A stretch of DNA of 64,000 bases from Thermodesulfobacteriota bacterium (GCA_965216785.1 OZ244197.1:2496001-2560000), one strand, 5' to 3'. Counted from the stretch's first letter, positions 1-12,207 are shown. Program-made: numbers and translations. Notes: generated from the sequence alone by a model not told the origin.

Positions 1-61
1 GCGGTTCTTTGGGGTATTCCTCGCCGCATTCTTTACATTTTAGCGCTTTCACAAAACTCAT
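1..61 (-). CDS. thrC: Threonine synthase, N-terminal fragment (runs off the window)
   Basis: Hand translation MSFVKALKCKECGEEYPKEP, with the N-terminal CxxC zinc ribbon typical of this ThrC type; AAGAGG upstream. Only 20 codons are visible. Confidence 0.6.
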   Translation of the reverse strand, partial: MSFVKALKCKECGEEYPKEP

Positions 62-149
62 ATAGTGCCTCTTAGGTTATTGAATAAACCTAACAAACTA
101 CCCTCAAACAAAGGGTATGTCAAAAAAACGTACACCTTCGATTTACCCT

Positions 150-629
150 TTACCACTCGTCTCTTTTCTCTATTTCCTCTTCTTTTTCGTCTTCATCGAA
201 TACTACAACTTCAAATTCCCGCGCATGGAGCTCATTGCCGTTTTTCCTGTAAGTTCCACCTACAACCAAGTAATCGCCTTCAGCGATATCCCAAGTGCCG
301 GGAAGGATAATATTCATATAGTTCCCTTTTGTGTCAATAAGCTTAAATAATGTTGTCAGGTCTTCAGGATCGGCCTCGGTTATTTCAGGAGCTTCTGAGG
401 GCGCATCACTGTCCTCGATCTGACCTTCCACAATAAGGTCTATTATATAGCCTTCAATCTTAAGTATCGCTCCGTCATACGCTATTGGAGAGAACAGTAC
501 TTTTGAAATAGGAGCCCTTATGCCCTGAACAGTCTGCCCGGGTATATATTCGGGCTCTTTATTACATCCCGCAGTTATTACTAATAACAGAAGAACTGAG
601 GACAGCAAAAACATTTTAAATAGATTCAT
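150..629 (-). CDS. Hypothetical lipoprotein, probable OB-fold-like domain
   Basis: ORF 150..704. Likely start at ATG 629 giving signal peptide and lipobox ITAGC; acidic C-terminus. Confidence 0.6.
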   Translation of the reverse strand: MNLFKMFLLSSVLLLLVITAGCNKEPEYIPGQTVQGIRAPISKVLFSPIAYDGAILKIEGYIIDLIVEGQIEDSDAPSEAPEITEADPEDLTTLFKLIDTKGNYMNIILPGTWDIAEGDYLVVGGTYRKNGNELHAREFEVVVFDEDEKEEEIEKRDEW

Positions 630-791
630 GGATTCGCCTTTATATCCCAAAACACGTCCGTCTCGTATGATATTTTTTTCCATACTGGTATATTTTACAT
701 GCAAAGACTGAATATGCTTAATTTTTTATGGCATAATATCTGTCTTGTTTTTTATATAACCGGATAAATACACTAAAGATAAAGGCGGCGA

Positions 792-1613
792 TTGATAATG
801 GAAACATTTCTAGATAAAGGGCTCGGTATAGCGAGGATCAGGATTCAGGACAGCGACTCAAACTATAACTACATAGCATGGTGTGAGGAGACCCGCGAGT
901 GCTCGGTTATCGACCCCATAGACCCGATCGTGCTGCTTAACTTCATAAGAGATAATGACCTTATGGTTAAATACGTGATTAACACTCACTGCCACCCGGA
1001 CCATATATCCGGAAACGACGCGATAATTAAAGTAGCCCTAACAAACATCTCAAAAATACTGGTACACCCTGAGGGGCTGGAGCGCGTTTCCCCCAGGAGC
1101 TCGACTATTGACGAGGGTGATATAATAAAAGTAGGAAACCAGGAGATAAAAGTCGTTTACACGCCCGGCCATTGCCCGGAGCACGTAACTCTTTTGGCGG
1201 GCGGATACGCCTTCGTTGGAGACACGCTTTTTCTGTCCGGCTGCGGAAACACTAAATTCAGAGGCGTGACAGAAGAGCTTTTCAACAGCATAGATAAAAA
1301 GCTCAGGACTCTGCCTGATGAAACAAGCATTTTCGTAGGCCATGATTACGCGGAAAAGAATCTGGAGTTCGCGCTCGATATAGAGCCCGGCAACGAAGCC
1401 GCGGAATCTAAGCTCGAGGAAGTAAAATCAGCGAAAACTAAAGGTGAGGAACCTGGGCCTACCACAATAGGAGAAGAAAAGAGCTACAACCCTTTCATGC
1501 GCTACGATGTCCCGGGAGTAGTGGAAGAGCTTAAGAAAAGAAACCCCGATCTCGACCCTAGCCCCGTAGGAGTATTCAAAGAGCTAAGATCACTAAGAGA
1601 CAGCTGGACTTGA
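792..1613 (+). CDS. gloB: Hydroxyacylglutathione hydrolase (glyoxalase II, MBL fold)
   Basis: THCHPDH, TPGH, GDTLF..GCG, GHDY and EKSYNPF motifs. Confidence 0.85.
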   Translation: MIMETFLDKGLGIARIRIQDSDSNYNYIAWCEETRECSVIDPIDPIVLLNFIRDNDLMVKYVINTHCHPDHISGNDAIIKVALTNISKILVHPEGLERVSPRSSTIDEGDIIKVGNQEIKVVYTPGHCPEHVTLLAGGYAFVGDTLFLSGCGNTKFRGVTEELFNSIDKKLRTLPDETSIFVGHDYAEKNLEFALDIEPGNEAAESKLEEVKSAKTKGEEPGPTTIGEEKSYNPFMRYDVPGVVEELKKRNPDLDPSPVGVFKELRSLRDSWT

Positions 1614-1679
1614 TTATGTAAACACCCGGCTTCACCCGGTTATATTTATATAAAATTTCACATAAACCGCTAAAGAAAT

Positions 1680-4600
1680 ATGAAAAAGACAGAAGCTTAT
1701 AAAATTTTAGAGCAGCTGCTCAAGGAGCGCATACTTTTCATGGACGGCGCCATGGGCACCATGATACAGCGCTACAAGCTCGAAGAAGGTGACTTCAGGG
1801 GAGACCGCTTTGTCGAGCACGCGATAGACCTCAAGGGTAATAACGACCTCCTTTGCGTAACAAGGCCTGAGATTATTTCAGAGATTCACCGTAAGTATCT
1901 TGATGCCGGCGCGGATATTATTGAAACGAACACCTTTAACGCGAACAGCATATCACAGGCCGATTATGAGCTTGAAAGCATAGTACGCGAAATAAACATC
2001 AACGCGGCGCGCTTAGCTAAAGAAACGTGTAAAGAATTTATGGAGGATAACCCGGAACGAAAAGCCTTCGTCGCAGGAGCGCTCGGACCTACGACCAGGG
2101 CCGCGTCCATATCGCCTGACGTCAATAACCCGGCCTACAGGTCCGTCACGTTTGAAGACCTAAGAGAGGCCTATTACGAGCAGGCCAAGGCGCTTGTTGA
2201 AGGCGGTGTCGATATTCTTCTGGCAGAGACCACTTTTGATACGCTGAACCTTAAAGCCGCAATATACGCTGTACATACGCTTTTAAGAGAGCTTGACCGG
2301 GACATTCCTTTTATGCTCTCCGTAACCATCACAGACGCCTCGGGAAGGACACTATCGGGCCAGACGGTAGAGGCGTTCTGGAACTCCGTGAGACACGCAA
2401 ATCCCCTTAGCGTAGGCATAAACTGCGCGCTCGGCGCAGAGGACATGCGGCCGTATATAGAAGAGCTTTCTAAGATCGCTGACTGCTACATTAGCTGCTA
2501 CCCGAACGCGGGGCTACCCAACCCTCTCAGTAAGACAGGGTACGACCAGACCCCGGAAGACACCTCGGGGTATTTGGAAGATTTCGCGAAGAGCGGATTC
2601 CTCAACATGGTGGGTGGCTGCTGCGGCACAACACCGGAGCACATAAGCGCTATTGTGAGGAAAGCGGAGAAATTCCCTCCCCGCATAGTCCCGGACACCG
2701 CCCCAGCAATGCGTCTGAGCGGGCTTGAGCCATTAAATATAGTCGGAGACAAAGCCCCATTTATCATGGTGGGAGAGCGCACCAACGTCACAGGCTCACC
2801 CAGATTCGCAAAGCTCGTGAAGGCGGACGATTTTGATTCGGCCCTGAGCGTCGCGAAGCAGCAGGTGGAGAACGGGGCCAATTTGATAGATATAAACTTT
2901 GACGAAGCTCTACTTGACGGCGAGGCCTGCATGGTCCGCTTCCTGAATCTAGTTGCTTCAGAACCCGATATCTCGCGCGTGCCAATAATGATAGACAGCT
3001 CTAAGTTCACGGTGATCGAGGCCGGGCTTCAGTGCATACAAGGAAAGGGAGTCGTCAACTCTATCAGCCTGAAAGAAGGTGAGGAAAAGTTCCTTAGCGA
3101 AGCCAGAAAGGTTGTAAATTACGGAGCTGCGGCTGTGGTGATGGCGTTTGACGAGGAAGGGCAGGCAGCGACAAAGGAAGATAAAGTCAGGATCTGCAAG
3201 CGCGCTTACGACCTGCTTACAAAGGAAGCGGGAATGGACCCTCACGATATTATTTTTGATCCGAACGTCCTGACCGTGGCCACCGGAATTGAGGAGCACA
3301 ATAACTATGCCGTGGATTTCATAGAGGCCGTAAGGGAGATTAAAAAAATCTGTCCCGGAGCCAGAACGAGCGGCGGCGTAAGCAATATTTCTTTCTCATT
3401 CAGAGGAAACAACGTAGTCCGCGAAGCCATGCACAGCGCCTTTCTCTACCATGCTATAGAGGCCGGGCTCGACATGGCGATTGTAAACGCCGGGATGCTG
3501 GAAGTATATGAGAACATAGACAAAGAGCTCCTTGAAAAGGTAGAGGACGTGCTTCTTAACCGAAGAGCTGACGCTACAGACATTTTGATCGATTACGCGG
3601 AGCAGTTTAAGGGCACTGACAAAGAGCGCGAGAAAGAGACCGAGACCTGGAGGGAGGGCACGGTGGAGGAGAGGCTCTCACACTCTCTCGTAAAGGGAAT
3701 AACCGACCATATAGAAGCGGATACTGAAGAGGCGCGCGCAAAGTATGAAAAGCCCCTGGACGTAATAGAAGGCCCCCTTATGGAAGGAATGAAGGTAGTT
3801 GGCGGTTTGTTCGGCGAAGGGAAAATGTTCCTGCCCCAGGTCGTAAAGAGCGCGCGTGTTATGAAAAGGGCGGTGTCGTACCTTGAACCCTTTATGGAGG
3901 CCGAAAAAGCGAAATCAGGCGCAGGCTCGAGCAAAGGGATCTTTGTAATCGCGACCGTAAAGGGCGATGTGCACGATATAGGTAAGAACATCGTATCCGT
4001 AGTGCTCGGGTGCAATAACTACGATGTTATCGATCTTGGCGTAATGGTCGCCTGCGACAATATACTGAAGAAAGCAAACGAGGTCGGCGCAAACGTGATA
4101 GGCCTTAGCGGACTCATCACGCCTTCTCTTGATGAAATGGTTTATAACGCTTCAGAGATGGAGCGGCAGGGCTTTAAAACTCCTCTACTGATCGGCGGGG
4201 CCACGACGAGCAAGGCGCACACGGCAATAAAGATAGCGCCCGAGTATAAAGGAGTCGTAAGCCACGTACAAGACGCGTCGCTCGTTGTAAACGTCTGTAA
4301 CGATCTACTCAACCCCGAAAAATATGAAAAGTTCGCAAAAGAGCAGCGGGAAAAGCACGAAGAGCTTAGAAAGCTACACTTAAAATCGGTAGAGAAAACG
4401 AAATTCTTGACCATTGAAGACGCAAGATCAAGGGGCTTAAAAACAGACTGGAACGACATGGTATTGGACACCCCTTCAAAACTTGGCGTTGAAGTAATTG
4501 AGGATATACCCATAGAGCAAGTGATTCCCTATATAGACTGGTCCCCTTTATTCTGGGTTTGGGAGCTTAAGGGCACGTACCCGAAAATACTTGAGCACAA

Positions 4601-5372
4601 GGAGCGCGGCAAGCAGGCAAAGAGTCTCTTCAACGACGCGCAGAAGCTGCTCAAGAAAATAGTGCTTGAGAAGCGTTTCAGACCAAAAGCCGTAGTAGGT
4701 TTCTGGCCTGCGAACAGCGTAGGGGACGATGTGGAAATATATAGCGACGAATCTCGACAGCAAGTAAGCGAAAGATTCCATTTTCTCCGCCAGCAAAAGG
4801 ACAAAGGGGAGGGCACCTACCTGTCACTTGCGGACTTCGTAGCGCCTAAAGACAGCGGTGTGGCCGATCACATTGGAGGATTCGTCGTAACAGCCGGAGA
4901 AGAAGTAGAGGAGTTTTCTGAAACTTTTAAAGCCGCAGGAGACGACTACACGGCGATTATGGTCCAGGCGCTCGGCGACAGGATAGCAGAAGCGCTCGCG
5001 GAGATGGTGCACAAGAAAGCAAGGGAAAACTGGGGTTACGGAAAGAACGAGAAGCTCACATACGAAGAGCTTATAAAAGAGAAATACAGGGGCATTAGAC
5101 CTGCGCCGGGTTATCCAGCTTCACCCGACCACACGGAGAAAGCTATTCTCTGGGAACTCCTCGATGCTGAGAAGAACATAGGCGCATCGATCACCGAGTC
5201 TTTTGCCATTTACCCGCCAAGCTCTGTGGCAGGGCTTTATTTCTCCCACCCGGAATCAAAATATTTCCATGTGGATAAAATAAACAAAGACCAGGTAGAA
5301 GAGTACGCAAAAAGAAAAGGCATGACAGTAGAGGAAGTGGAGAAATGGCTCATGCCAAATTTGGGATACTGA
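1680..5372 (+). CDS. metH: Cobalamin-dependent methionine synthase
   Basis: [23 protein letters not shown], cobalamin-binding DVHDIGKN and RPAPGYP; 1230 aa. Confidence 0.98.
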   Translation: MKKTEAYKILEQLLKERILFMDGAMGTMIQRYKLEEGDFRGDRFVEHAIDLKGNNDLLCVTRPEIISEIHRKYLDAGADIIETNTFNANSISQADYELESIVREININAARLAKETCKEFMEDNPERKAFVAGALGPTTRAASISPDVNNPAYRSVTFEDLREAYYEQAKALVEGGVDILLAETTFDTLNLKAAIYAVHTLLRELDRDIPFMLSVTITDASGRTLSGQTVEAFWNSVRHANPLSVGINCALGAEDMRPYIEELSKIADCYISCYPNAGLPNPLSKTGYDQTPEDTSGYLEDFAKSGFLNMVGGCCGTTPEHISAIVRKAEKFPPRIVPDTAPAMRLSGLEPLNIVGDKAPFIMVGERTNVTGSPRFAKLVKADDFDSALSVAKQQVENGANLIDINFDEALLDGEACMVRFLNLVASEPDISRVPIMIDSSKFTVIEAGLQCIQGKGVVNSISLKEGEEKFLSEARKVVNYGAAAVVMAFDEEGQAATKEDKVRICKRAYDLLTKEAGMDPHDIIFDPNVLTVATGIEEHNNYAVDFIEAVREIKKICPGARTSGGVSNISFSFRGNNVVREAMHSAFLYHAIEAGLDMAIVNAGMLEVYENIDKELLEKVEDVLLNRRADATDILIDYAEQFKGTDKEREKETETWREGTVEERLSHSLVKGITDHIEADTEEARAKYEKPLDVIEGPLMEGMKVVGGLFGEGKMFLPQVVKSARVMKRAVSYLEPFMEAEKAKSGAGSSKGIFVIATVKGDVHDIGKNIVSVVLGCNNYDVIDLGVMVACDNILKKANEVGANVIGLSGLITPSLDEMVYNASEMERQGFKTPLLIGGATTSKAHTAIKIAPEYKGVVSHVQDASLVVNVCNDLLNPEKYEKFAKEQREKHEELRKLHLKSVEKTKFLTIEDARSRGLKTDWNDMVLDTPSKLGVEVIEDIPIEQVIPYIDWSPLFWVWELKGTYPKILEHKERGKQAKSLFNDAQKLLKKIVLEKRFRPKAVVGFWPANSVGDDVEIYSDESRQQVSERFHFLRQQKDKGEGTYLSLADFVAPKDSGVADHIGGFVVTAGEEVEEFSETFKAAGDDYTAIMVQALGDRIAEALAEMVHKKARENWGYGKNEKLTYEELIKEKYRGIRPAPGYPASPDHTEKAILWELLDAEKNIGASITESFAIYPPSSVAGLYFSHPESKYFHVDKINKDQVEEYAKRKGMTVEEVEKWLMPNLGY

Positions 5373-5373
5373 A

Positions 5374-6081
5374 ATGAAAAACGGACAGATAAAGACTATA
5401 TTCTTTGATGCGGCGGACACGCTGTTTTACATCCGCGAGGGTCTTGGAAACACCTACGCGGCCGTGGCCCGTAAGCACGGGGCTGAGAATGCACAGCCTG
5501 AGGAGATTAAAAAAGCTTTCTCTAAGTATTTTGGCTCGGCGCCTCCTCTAGCTTTCGGCAACGCTACCGATGAGGAGAGAAAAGGTCTTGAAAAGGATTA
5601 CTGGAAGTCTATTGTCGAAAGTGTATACAATGAAGTCGGAATGTTCGAGGGGTTCGACAATCATTTCGACGAGCTGTTCGAGGTATTCAGAAGCAAAGCC
5701 TGGGAGCTATTCCCAGAGAGCAAGGAAACACTCGGCGCGCTTAAGGACTCTGGCTTTAAGCTCGGAATAATCTCTAATTTCGACTCAAGAGTATATGACG
5801 TGATGAAGGACCTCGGAATAGAGGATTACTTTGATTTTTTCGTCATATCGAGCGAGGCGGGTTTCGCTAAACCTCATACCGACATATTCCGCATTGCGCT
5901 TGAGAAAGCGGGCTCGGTAGGTGCCGAATCCCTTCACGTAGGCGATAACCTGAACAACGATTTCCACAGCCCGAGAGCGCTCGGCATTAAAGCGTTACTA
6001 TTGGATAGGGAAGGGGAGAATGAATCGATTGGGCGAGGCTATACGATTAAAGACCTTACAGAGATTCATAAACACGTTTAA
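5374..6081 (+). CDS. HAD-superfamily hydrolase (subfamily IA, REG-2-like)
   Basis: FFDAADTL, ISNFD, KP and HVGD..ND motifs. Confidence 0.85.
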   Translation: MKNGQIKTIFFDAADTLFYIREGLGNTYAAVARKHGAENAQPEEIKKAFSKYFGSAPPLAFGNATDEERKGLEKDYWKSIVESVYNEVGMFEGFDNHFDELFEVFRSKAWELFPESKETLGALKDSGFKLGIISNFDSRVYDVMKDLGIEDYFDFFVISSEAGFAKPHTDIFRIALEKAGSVGAESLHVGDNLNNDFHSPRALGIKALLLDREGENESIGRGYTIKDLTEIHKHV

Positions 6082-6093
6082 GCTATCTTAGTA

Positions 6094-6300
6094 TTATCTG
6101 CTGCCAAGCTCGGTAATATTAGCGTCAGGGTTCTTTACGAACATCACGAATGCCATTGAAGGCCTTTTTGAGGACTCACTCATTGCGAAATGCACATTTT
6201 CAAGCGCCCAGCCCTTAGACACCCACTCATTTATGACCCTTTCGAGCTCTTCATCGGTAACGGTCGTTACCTCGACTACTTTATAATCTGGATGATTCAT
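6094..6300 (-). CDS. Small conserved protein, DUF4177-like
   Basis: YKVVEV...LERVINEWVSKGWAL pattern; 4 bp downstream of hemB. Confidence 0.55.
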   Translation of the reverse strand: MNHPDYKVVEVTTVTDEELERVINEWVSKGWALENVHFAMSESSKRPSMAFVMFVKNPDANITELGSR

Positions 6301-6304
6301 ATTG

Positions 6305-7285
6305 TTACTTTGCAGAATTCAGCAGTTTCGCTGCTTCTTTGGCGAAATAAGTAATGATTATATCCGCTCCCGCGCGCTTTATGCTCACGAGCGACTCCAT
6401 CATCACGCGCTCCTCCTCGATCCACCCTAGCTTGCCCGCCGCTTTTACCATAGAGTACTCTCCGCTCACGTTATATGCGGCTATAGGGTGATCAAACTTT
6501 TCCCTGGCGGCTCTTATTACGTCAAGGTACGGCAGAGCGGGCTTGACCATAACAATGTCCGCCCCTTCTTCGATGTCGAGCGCTATTTCCCTTAAAGCCT
6601 CCCTTACGTTAGGGGGGTCCATCTGGTAGCTCCTTCTGTCACCGAACTTGGGCGGCGACTCGGCGGCTTCACGGAACGGCCCGTAAAAGGCAGACGCGTA
6701 CTTTGCCGAGTAGGCCATGATGGGAAGGTTGTCGAATCCTCCCTCGTCCAGCACGTCCCTTATCACCCCAACCCTGCCGTCCATCATGTCTGAGGGAGCA
6801 ACTATGTCCGCCCCCGCCTCGGCGTGTGATAGAGCCATCTTTGCTAGATACTCAATGGTCTCGTCGTTATCCACTTCACCGTCCCTAATAATGCCGCAGT
6901 GGCCGTGGTTTGTGTATTCGCACATACAGACGTCCGTTACAACGATCATATCCGGCACTCTTTTCTTTATCTCACGAAGCGCCTTCTGCACTATGCCTTG
7001 TGCGCTATAGCCCTCAGTGCCCATCTTGTCCTTCTTTTCGGGAATGCCGAAAAGAAGCACCGACTTAACGCCGAGCTTTCTAACTTCCCTCATCTCTTTT
7101 ATGATGTTATCTATCGACTGCTTGAAGATACCGGGCATAGACTTCACCTGTACCTTCTTTTTTTTACCCGGCATGACGAACATGGGGTATATGAAGTCCT
7201 TCACCGAAAGCCTGGTCTCTGACACAAGCTCTCTCAAGTCTGCACTCTTCCTGAGCCTCCTGGGCCTGTACACTGGGAAATACAT
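6305..7285 (-). CDS. hemB: Porphobilinogen synthase
   Basis: [34 protein letters not shown] and MVKPA. Confidence 0.98.
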   Translation of the reverse strand: MYFPVYRPRRLRKSADLRELVSETRLSVKDFIYPMFVMPGKKKKVQVKSMPGIFKQSIDNIIKEMREVRKLGVKSVLLFGIPEKKDKMGTEGYSAQGIVQKALREIKKRVPDMIVVTDVCMCEYTNHGHCGIIRDGEVDNDETIEYLAKMALSHAEAGADIVAPSDMMDGRVGVIRDVLDEGGFDNLPIMAYSAKYASAFYGPFREAAESPPKFGDRRSYQMDPPNVREALREIALDIEEGADIVMVKPALPYLDVIRAAREKFDHPIAAYNVSGEYSMVKAAGKLGWIEEERVMMESLVSIKRAGADIIITYFAKEAAKLLNSAK

Positions 7286-7688
7286 GAGGGAATAGTTTAA
7301 TTGTAGATTGAAGGCTAAGTCAACTACAGGGAAAGATTAAAGGTGTCGGGATGTTTTGCTTTTGCAGTTGCTTTTTAAGTTTCCCGACATGTATAAATAG
7401 CGTTAAGAAAATGAATTATGGAGACGTTAAAAATCATACTGGGGCCGGGGTGGAGTGTATGATTTAGCCGATAGAATTCATTTTTAGCGTCATTTATGCC
7501 TAGGCGGGTGATTTTTGCTTCTTTTGATCATTCAAAAGAAGAAATACAGATTGTGACTCAATATACCGGGTCCTCATAGTTAAAATTAGCGCACCCTCTA
7601 CAAATCTGTATAATATTCATCTCATAAATCAGCTGGCACAGCTGGCTTTGTCAGCTACAGCAAAAATCAAACCAAAGCAGACGAACAA

Positions 7689-9374
7689 ATGGAAAATGAA
7701 ACGGAGAAAAAGAGCCTCGATTTTATAAGAGCGATTATTGAGGAAGACATAGAGAGCGGAAAGCACGGGGGCAGGGTGGCGACCCGATTTCCACCAGAGC
7801 CGAACGGCTACCTGCACATAGGACACGCAAAGTCTATCTGCCTTAACTTCGGCGCGGCACGTGAGTACGGCGGCACATGCAACCTTCGCTTTGACGACAC
7901 GAACCCGGTAAAAGAAGACACCGAATATGTGGAGTCAATAATCGAGGACGTAAAGTGGCTCGGTTATGACTGGGAGGGCCGTCTTTACTACGCCTCGGAC
8001 TACTTTGGACAGCTCTATGAGTACGCGATAAAGCTCATTGAAAAAGGCAAGGCTTATGTAGATTCGCTTTCAGCCGAGGAAATAAGACAGTACAGGGGCA
8101 CGCTGAGCGAGCCCGGAAAGGAGAGCCCGTACAGGGACAGGAGCCCTGAGGAGAACCTGGAGCTGTTCAGACGTATGAAAGAGGGCGAGTTCGGCGATGG
8201 CGAGCATGTGTTAAGGGCCAAGGTAGATATGAGCTCGGGCAACTTGAATATGCGGGACCCCGTGATGTACAGAATACTAAATGAGGCACACCACAGGACA
8301 GGGGATGAGTGGAATATTTATCCCATGTACGACTTCGCTCACGGGCAGTCGGATTCGATCGAGGAGATCACGCACTCGCTTTGCACGCTCGAGTTCGAAG
8401 ACCACCGCCCGCTCTACGACTGGTTCATAAAGGAGCTTGAGATTTACCCACCGCGCCAGATAGAGTTTGCCAGGCTCAACCTCTCCTACACAGTGCTAAG
8501 TAAGCGCAAGCTCATGCAGCTCGTAGCCGACGGGCACGTCGCGGGGTGGGACGACCCCAGGATGCCGACTATTTCGGGACTCAGAAGAAGAGGGTATACG
8601 CCTTCTTCAATAAGAAACTTTTGTGACAAAATAGGGGTTACAAAACACGACAGCATAATCGACGCAACGCTCCTTGAGCAGAGCGTCAGAGAGGATTTAA
8701 ACAAGACCGCTAGGCGAGTTATGGGAGTTCTTAACCCTCTCAAAATCGTTATTACAAACTACCCCGAGGACACTGAAGAAGAGCTGGACGCCGTTAACAA
8801 CCCCGAGGATGAGAGCATGGGGACAAGAAAAGTACCGTTCTCAAAAGAGTTATATATAGAAAGGGACGACTTTATGGAAGACCCGCCCAAGAAATTTTTC
8901 AGACTGGCTCCCGGCAGGGAAGTCAGACTCCGTTACGCTTATTTCATCACATGTAACGAAGTGATTAAAGATAGTGACGGGCATATCACAGAGCTTCACT
9001 GCACCTACGACCCCGAGACCAGGGGCGGCGACTCGCCCGATGGAAGAAAGGTCAAGGCCACACTCCACTGGGTTTCGGCGCTTCACGCGTATTCTTCGGA
9101 AGTAAGGCTGTACGACCGGCTGTTTACGGACCCCGATCCTGAGCACGATAAAGAAGGCCGCCCGTTTACGGATTTCCTGAACCCGGACTCACTGACGGTT
9201 CTCGGTGACGCAAAGCTTGAGCCCTGCTTAAAGGAGGCCGAGCCCGGAGTTAATTATCAGTTTGAAAGGCTGGGATATTTCACTGCGGACCCCGTAGATT
9301 CAAAACCCGGGAAACCGGTATTCAACAGGACCGCGACGCTTAGAGACACCTGGGCAAAAGCCAGGAAAAAATGA
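7689..9374 (+). CDS. glnS: Glutamine--tRNA ligase
   Basis: [23 protein letters not shown] and QFERLGYF. Confidence 0.96.
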   Translation: MENETEKKSLDFIRAIIEEDIESGKHGGRVATRFPPEPNGYLHIGHAKSICLNFGAAREYGGTCNLRFDDTNPVKEDTEYVESIIEDVKWLGYDWEGRLYYASDYFGQLYEYAIKLIEKGKAYVDSLSAEEIRQYRGTLSEPGKESPYRDRSPEENLELFRRMKEGEFGDGEHVLRAKVDMSSGNLNMRDPVMYRILNEAHHRTGDEWNIYPMYDFAHGQSDSIEEITHSLCTLEFEDHRPLYDWFIKELEIYPPRQIEFARLNLSYTVLSKRKLMQLVADGHVAGWDDPRMPTISGLRRRGYTPSSIRNFCDKIGVTKHDSIIDATLLEQSVREDLNKTARRVMGVLNPLKIVITNYPEDTEEELDAVNNPEDESMGTRKVPFSKELYIERDDFMEDPPKKFFRLAPGREVRLRYAYFITCNEVIKDSDGHITELHCTYDPETRGGDSPDGRKVKATLHWVSALHAYSSEVRLYDRLFTDPDPEHDKEGRPFTDFLNPDSLTVLGDAKLEPCLKEAEPGVNYQFERLGYFTADPVDSKPGKPVFNRTATLRDTWAKARKK

Positions 9375-9376
9375 TG

Positions 9377-10153
9377 TCAACCCGGGTATTGAAACCCGGA
9401 AGCGTCTAATCTCTGGCCGTCCACATAGATGTTCCCACGCCCGTCCACACCGGCTCTGCCTTTCGCGATAAGCTCATGAACCGCGTATGGGAATATCACC
9501 CACTCACCGTCTTCACGGATCTTGTGGTTCAGTTCTTCTATATTCCGCTCCTTAAACCCTTTAAGCGAAATAGGCGCAGACTGCACGAGCGCGCCGCCGA
9601 ATCTCTCACCCTCTCTCTCAAGGTACACGGTACACCTTATATCCTTCTCCTTTGCCCTAAGCGCTTGGATGGAGGCGTCTATACCGCGCACCAGATAGTC
9701 CTTTGTAATATCCCCCGGATAGAGATTCAGTATTTTGTTTTGGTAGCGGTTAAAAAAACGCTTCCCGAGCCTCCGCCTGAACCCGGCGAGCACTATCAGG
9801 TCAGGCTGGCACACCTGCTCTATGAGCGTAACCACGGCAGCATCGTAGTACTCCCGCGCCTCCTCGTCCTCTGGCCCTTTGTCCATTACGCCGAAAAAGT
9901 TGCTGGAGCTAAGACTTATAACCGGGATTCCGTACTCCTTGGCTTTCTCTGCCCCCTTGCACTTTGGAGCGTTAGTAAAAACGGCGTCGATGCGTCCGTA
10001 TTCTCTTTCCCCGGCATTTCTCCGCCTAAGCTCCTCTTCATGTATAGCAATAAAGTTAGTCCCCGAGCCCGAGAGGAAAACTACGACATTCATCGGAGCA
10101 TTATCAGGCTTGAAAATCAGCTCCGGCTGCAAATTCTCAATTAACTCGTTCAT
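9377..10153 (-). CDS. PurN/formyltransferase-fold protein with a degenerate active site
   Basis: VFLSGSGTN loop and DLIVLAGF, but ILNLYP in place of the canonical NIHP and no DxG motif. Confidence 0.75.
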   Translation of the reverse strand: MNELIENLQPELIFKPDNAPMNVVVFLSGSGTNFIAIHEEELRRRNAGEREYGRIDAVFTNAPKCKGAEKAKEYGIPVISLSSSNFFGVMDKGPEDEEAREYYDAAVVTLIEQVCQPDLIVLAGFRRRLGKRFFNRYQNKILNLYPGDITKDYLVRGIDASIQALRAKEKDIRCTVYLEREGERFGGALVQSAPISLKGFKERNIEELNHKIREDGEWVIFPYAVHELIAKGRAGVDGRGNIYVDGQRLDASGFQYPG

Positions 10154-10227
10154 ATAAGTCTCATGTTATATCGAAGTAAAATTTGAATTATTCCTTAAGT
10201 CAGGGAAAGTATATCTACTCTAATATT

Positions 10228-11091
10228 ATGAGCAACTCGGTAAAAAGGGTACTGACAGCGTTGGTCGCGGTGCCGTTCATATATATCATCATCCTGATCG
10301 GCGGACTGCTTTATCTCCTGTTCTTCCTGGCACTTATTCTGGTGGGACAAATGGAATACCGCCAGATTTTGCGCTCAAGGGAAATCCCGTTCGGCGTATC
10401 GGGCACCGTGTTTTCTGTTCTGGTCGCAATCGGAGCCTATTTTGGGTACATGTCCATGAACCTCGTATTTATTGCCTCCGTACTGCTCATACTGATATTT
10501 TCACTTAGGAGAAAAGAGAACGTAGACGCGCTAAGGAAAATGGGCGGGACTCTGTTTGGAGTAGTGTATATCGGTCTTCTGTTCAGCCACGCGGTACTGT
10601 TAAGAGATATCTCGTCGGTAGGGAATATAGATACTTATTCGCTAAATAGCCTTGGTCTCACAGACCCGGGATTCTTCTTCGTCGTGTTCGCCGTAGCATG
10701 CACATTTATTCATGACACCTCGGCCTACTACACTGGGGTGATGACCGGAAAGCATAAGCTCGCTCCCAACATCAGCCCCGGAAAGACCATAGAAGGCACC
10801 ATAGGCGGCGTTGTCGGCTGCATCATCGCAGGCATAGTCGTGAATTTCATCTTCGGCGACCCTCTAAGCTCTGACTGGGCCGTAGGGCTTGCCATTCTCA
10901 TCGCGCTAGCGGCGATTTTCGGCGATCTGGTGGAATCGGCAATCAAAAGGGGCGCCGGAATCAAGGACTCGGGAGACATCGTGCCCGGACACGGCGGGGT
11001 GCTGGACCGCTTCGACAGCCTCATTTTCGTATTCCCCGTAACATACTACTTCGCCCTTATCTTCTACAATTCCCAGGGCGTCGGATTCTGA
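10228..11091 (+). CDS. cdsA: Phosphatidate cytidylyltransferase
   Basis: ISPGKTIEG and GDLVESAIKR..IKDSG.IVPGHGGVLDRFDS; likely start ATG 10228. Confidence 0.93.
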   Translation: MSNSVKRVLTALVAVPFIYIIILIGGLLYLLFFLALILVGQMEYRQILRSREIPFGVSGTVFSVLVAIGAYFGYMSMNLVFIASVLLILIFSLRRKENVDALRKMGGTLFGVVYIGLLFSHAVLLRDISSVGNIDTYSLNSLGLTDPGFFFVVFAVACTFIHDTSAYYTGVMTGKHKLAPNISPGKTIEGTIGGVVGCIIAGIVVNFIFGDPLSSDWAVGLAILIALAAIFGDLVESAIKRGAGIKDSGDIVPGHGGVLDRFDSLIFVFPVTYYFALIFYNSQGVGF

Positions 11092-11112
11092 TTTACTGAT
11101 CTGTCATTTTGG

Positions 11113-11139
11113 GCGGTCGCTTTGCTCCCTCGCAATGAC
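11113..11139 (-). repeat. REP-like repeat arm (GTCATTGCGAGGGAGCAAAGCGACCGC)
   Basis: 27 bp identical, in reverse complement, to 46126-46152; lies between convergent genes. Confidence 0.8.
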
Positions 11140-11145
11140 TAGCCT

Positions 11146-12207
11146 TCAAGCCACGGAGGATAGGCCCCTTTCTTCCCTTCGTATTATTATCCTAAGGCCT
11201 ATCAGAATAAGAATGTTAAGCGTAAGCCCTGTGAGGGCGGCGAACTGCTCTTTATAGAATATGAACACATAGGTTAGGAGTATGGACACGAGTACCGAGC
11301 GCTCGAACATCCGGTACGCCGAAAGCCTGGACTTTCTCATCATATACACCCCGAGCAGGACGAATACACCCGAAAGGAGGGTCGAGAATATCTTGGCCTT
11401 ATCCACAAACGTAAGGTCTTCGAAGCGGTTAGTTGTAAACTCCACAGCTCTTGAGCTGGGTTTTCCGCCTCCAAAGCCCATGATGAAAGTCACCAGGGCC
11501 ACGAATACGAGCGTAATGACGAGCTTTCCTATGAAAAAGATATTAATGCCGAGTTTAAAGTATTTACTCTCTGCAATACGCTTATAGAACCTTCCGAAGG
11601 AGGTTTTTACGCGGCTGTAATAGCTTGGCTTATCCACAGGTATGGGTTTTGTGTCCGCGACGAGCTTTCTTAGTGCCTGGGTCAGCGGCTCATCGGGGTC
11701 GCTCCTGGATAAATAATCTAATACCTCTATCTTCTCTTCGGTATCCAGATTCTTGAGAGCGACCTCTTCAATGCCCTTTATGGCGTTTAACAGATACTCC
11801 CTCTTGGTAAACGACCACCCGGTCTTTATGGTGTGTATGGAGAGCAATATGAGCACGAACACCACGTACATGATCGCTATCGAGGGCTCAAAGAAATAGT
11901 CGTTATCGCTAGTCACGAACTTTCCTACCTCGTCTATGAACATACCGAAACCAACGCCCCCTATGATAGCGGCCCACACCTCTATCCTCTTTCCTATGAA
12001 CGACAGGAGCATAATTATCGCAACCAGCATCAAAAGCCCGCCCCAGAGCATGTGGGCGATGTGGAGTGTAGCGTTTCCGATCTGGGGATAGCCCGTGAGG
12101 TGCAGGAACAGGCGGATCCCCAGGATTGACGACACCGCGCACACCATAAACAGCTCGGCGTATGAAACGGCGTCCAGATTTCTTATCAGTGTAGTATTCC
12201 CTTGCAT
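11146..12207 (-). CDS. Conserved integral membrane protein of unknown function
   Basis: Multiple hydrophobic helices; HIAHMLWGG and GFGMFIDEVGKF motifs. Confidence 0.7.
   Translation of the reverse strand: MQGNTTLIRNLDAVSYAELFMVCAVSSILGIRLFLHLTGYPQIGNATLHIAHMLWGGLLMLVAIIMLLSFIGKRIEVWAAIIGGVGFGMFIDEVGKFVTSDNDYFFEPSIAIMYVVFVLILLSIHTIKTGWSFTKREYLLNAIKGIEEVALKNLDTEEKIEVLDYLSRSDPDEPLTQALRKLVADTKPIPVDKPSYYSRVKTSFGRFYKRIAESKYFKLGINIFFIGKLVITLVFVALVTFIMGFGGGKPSSRAVEFTTNRFEDLTFVDKAKIFSTLLSGVFVLLGVYMMRKSRLSAYRMFERSVLVSILLTYVFIFYKEQFAALTGLTLNILILIGLRIIIRREERGLSSVA

Noticed and set aside
1614-1679. SAM or cobalamin riboswitch upstream of metH
   Set aside because: The gap is only 66 bp and lacks the conserved motifs.
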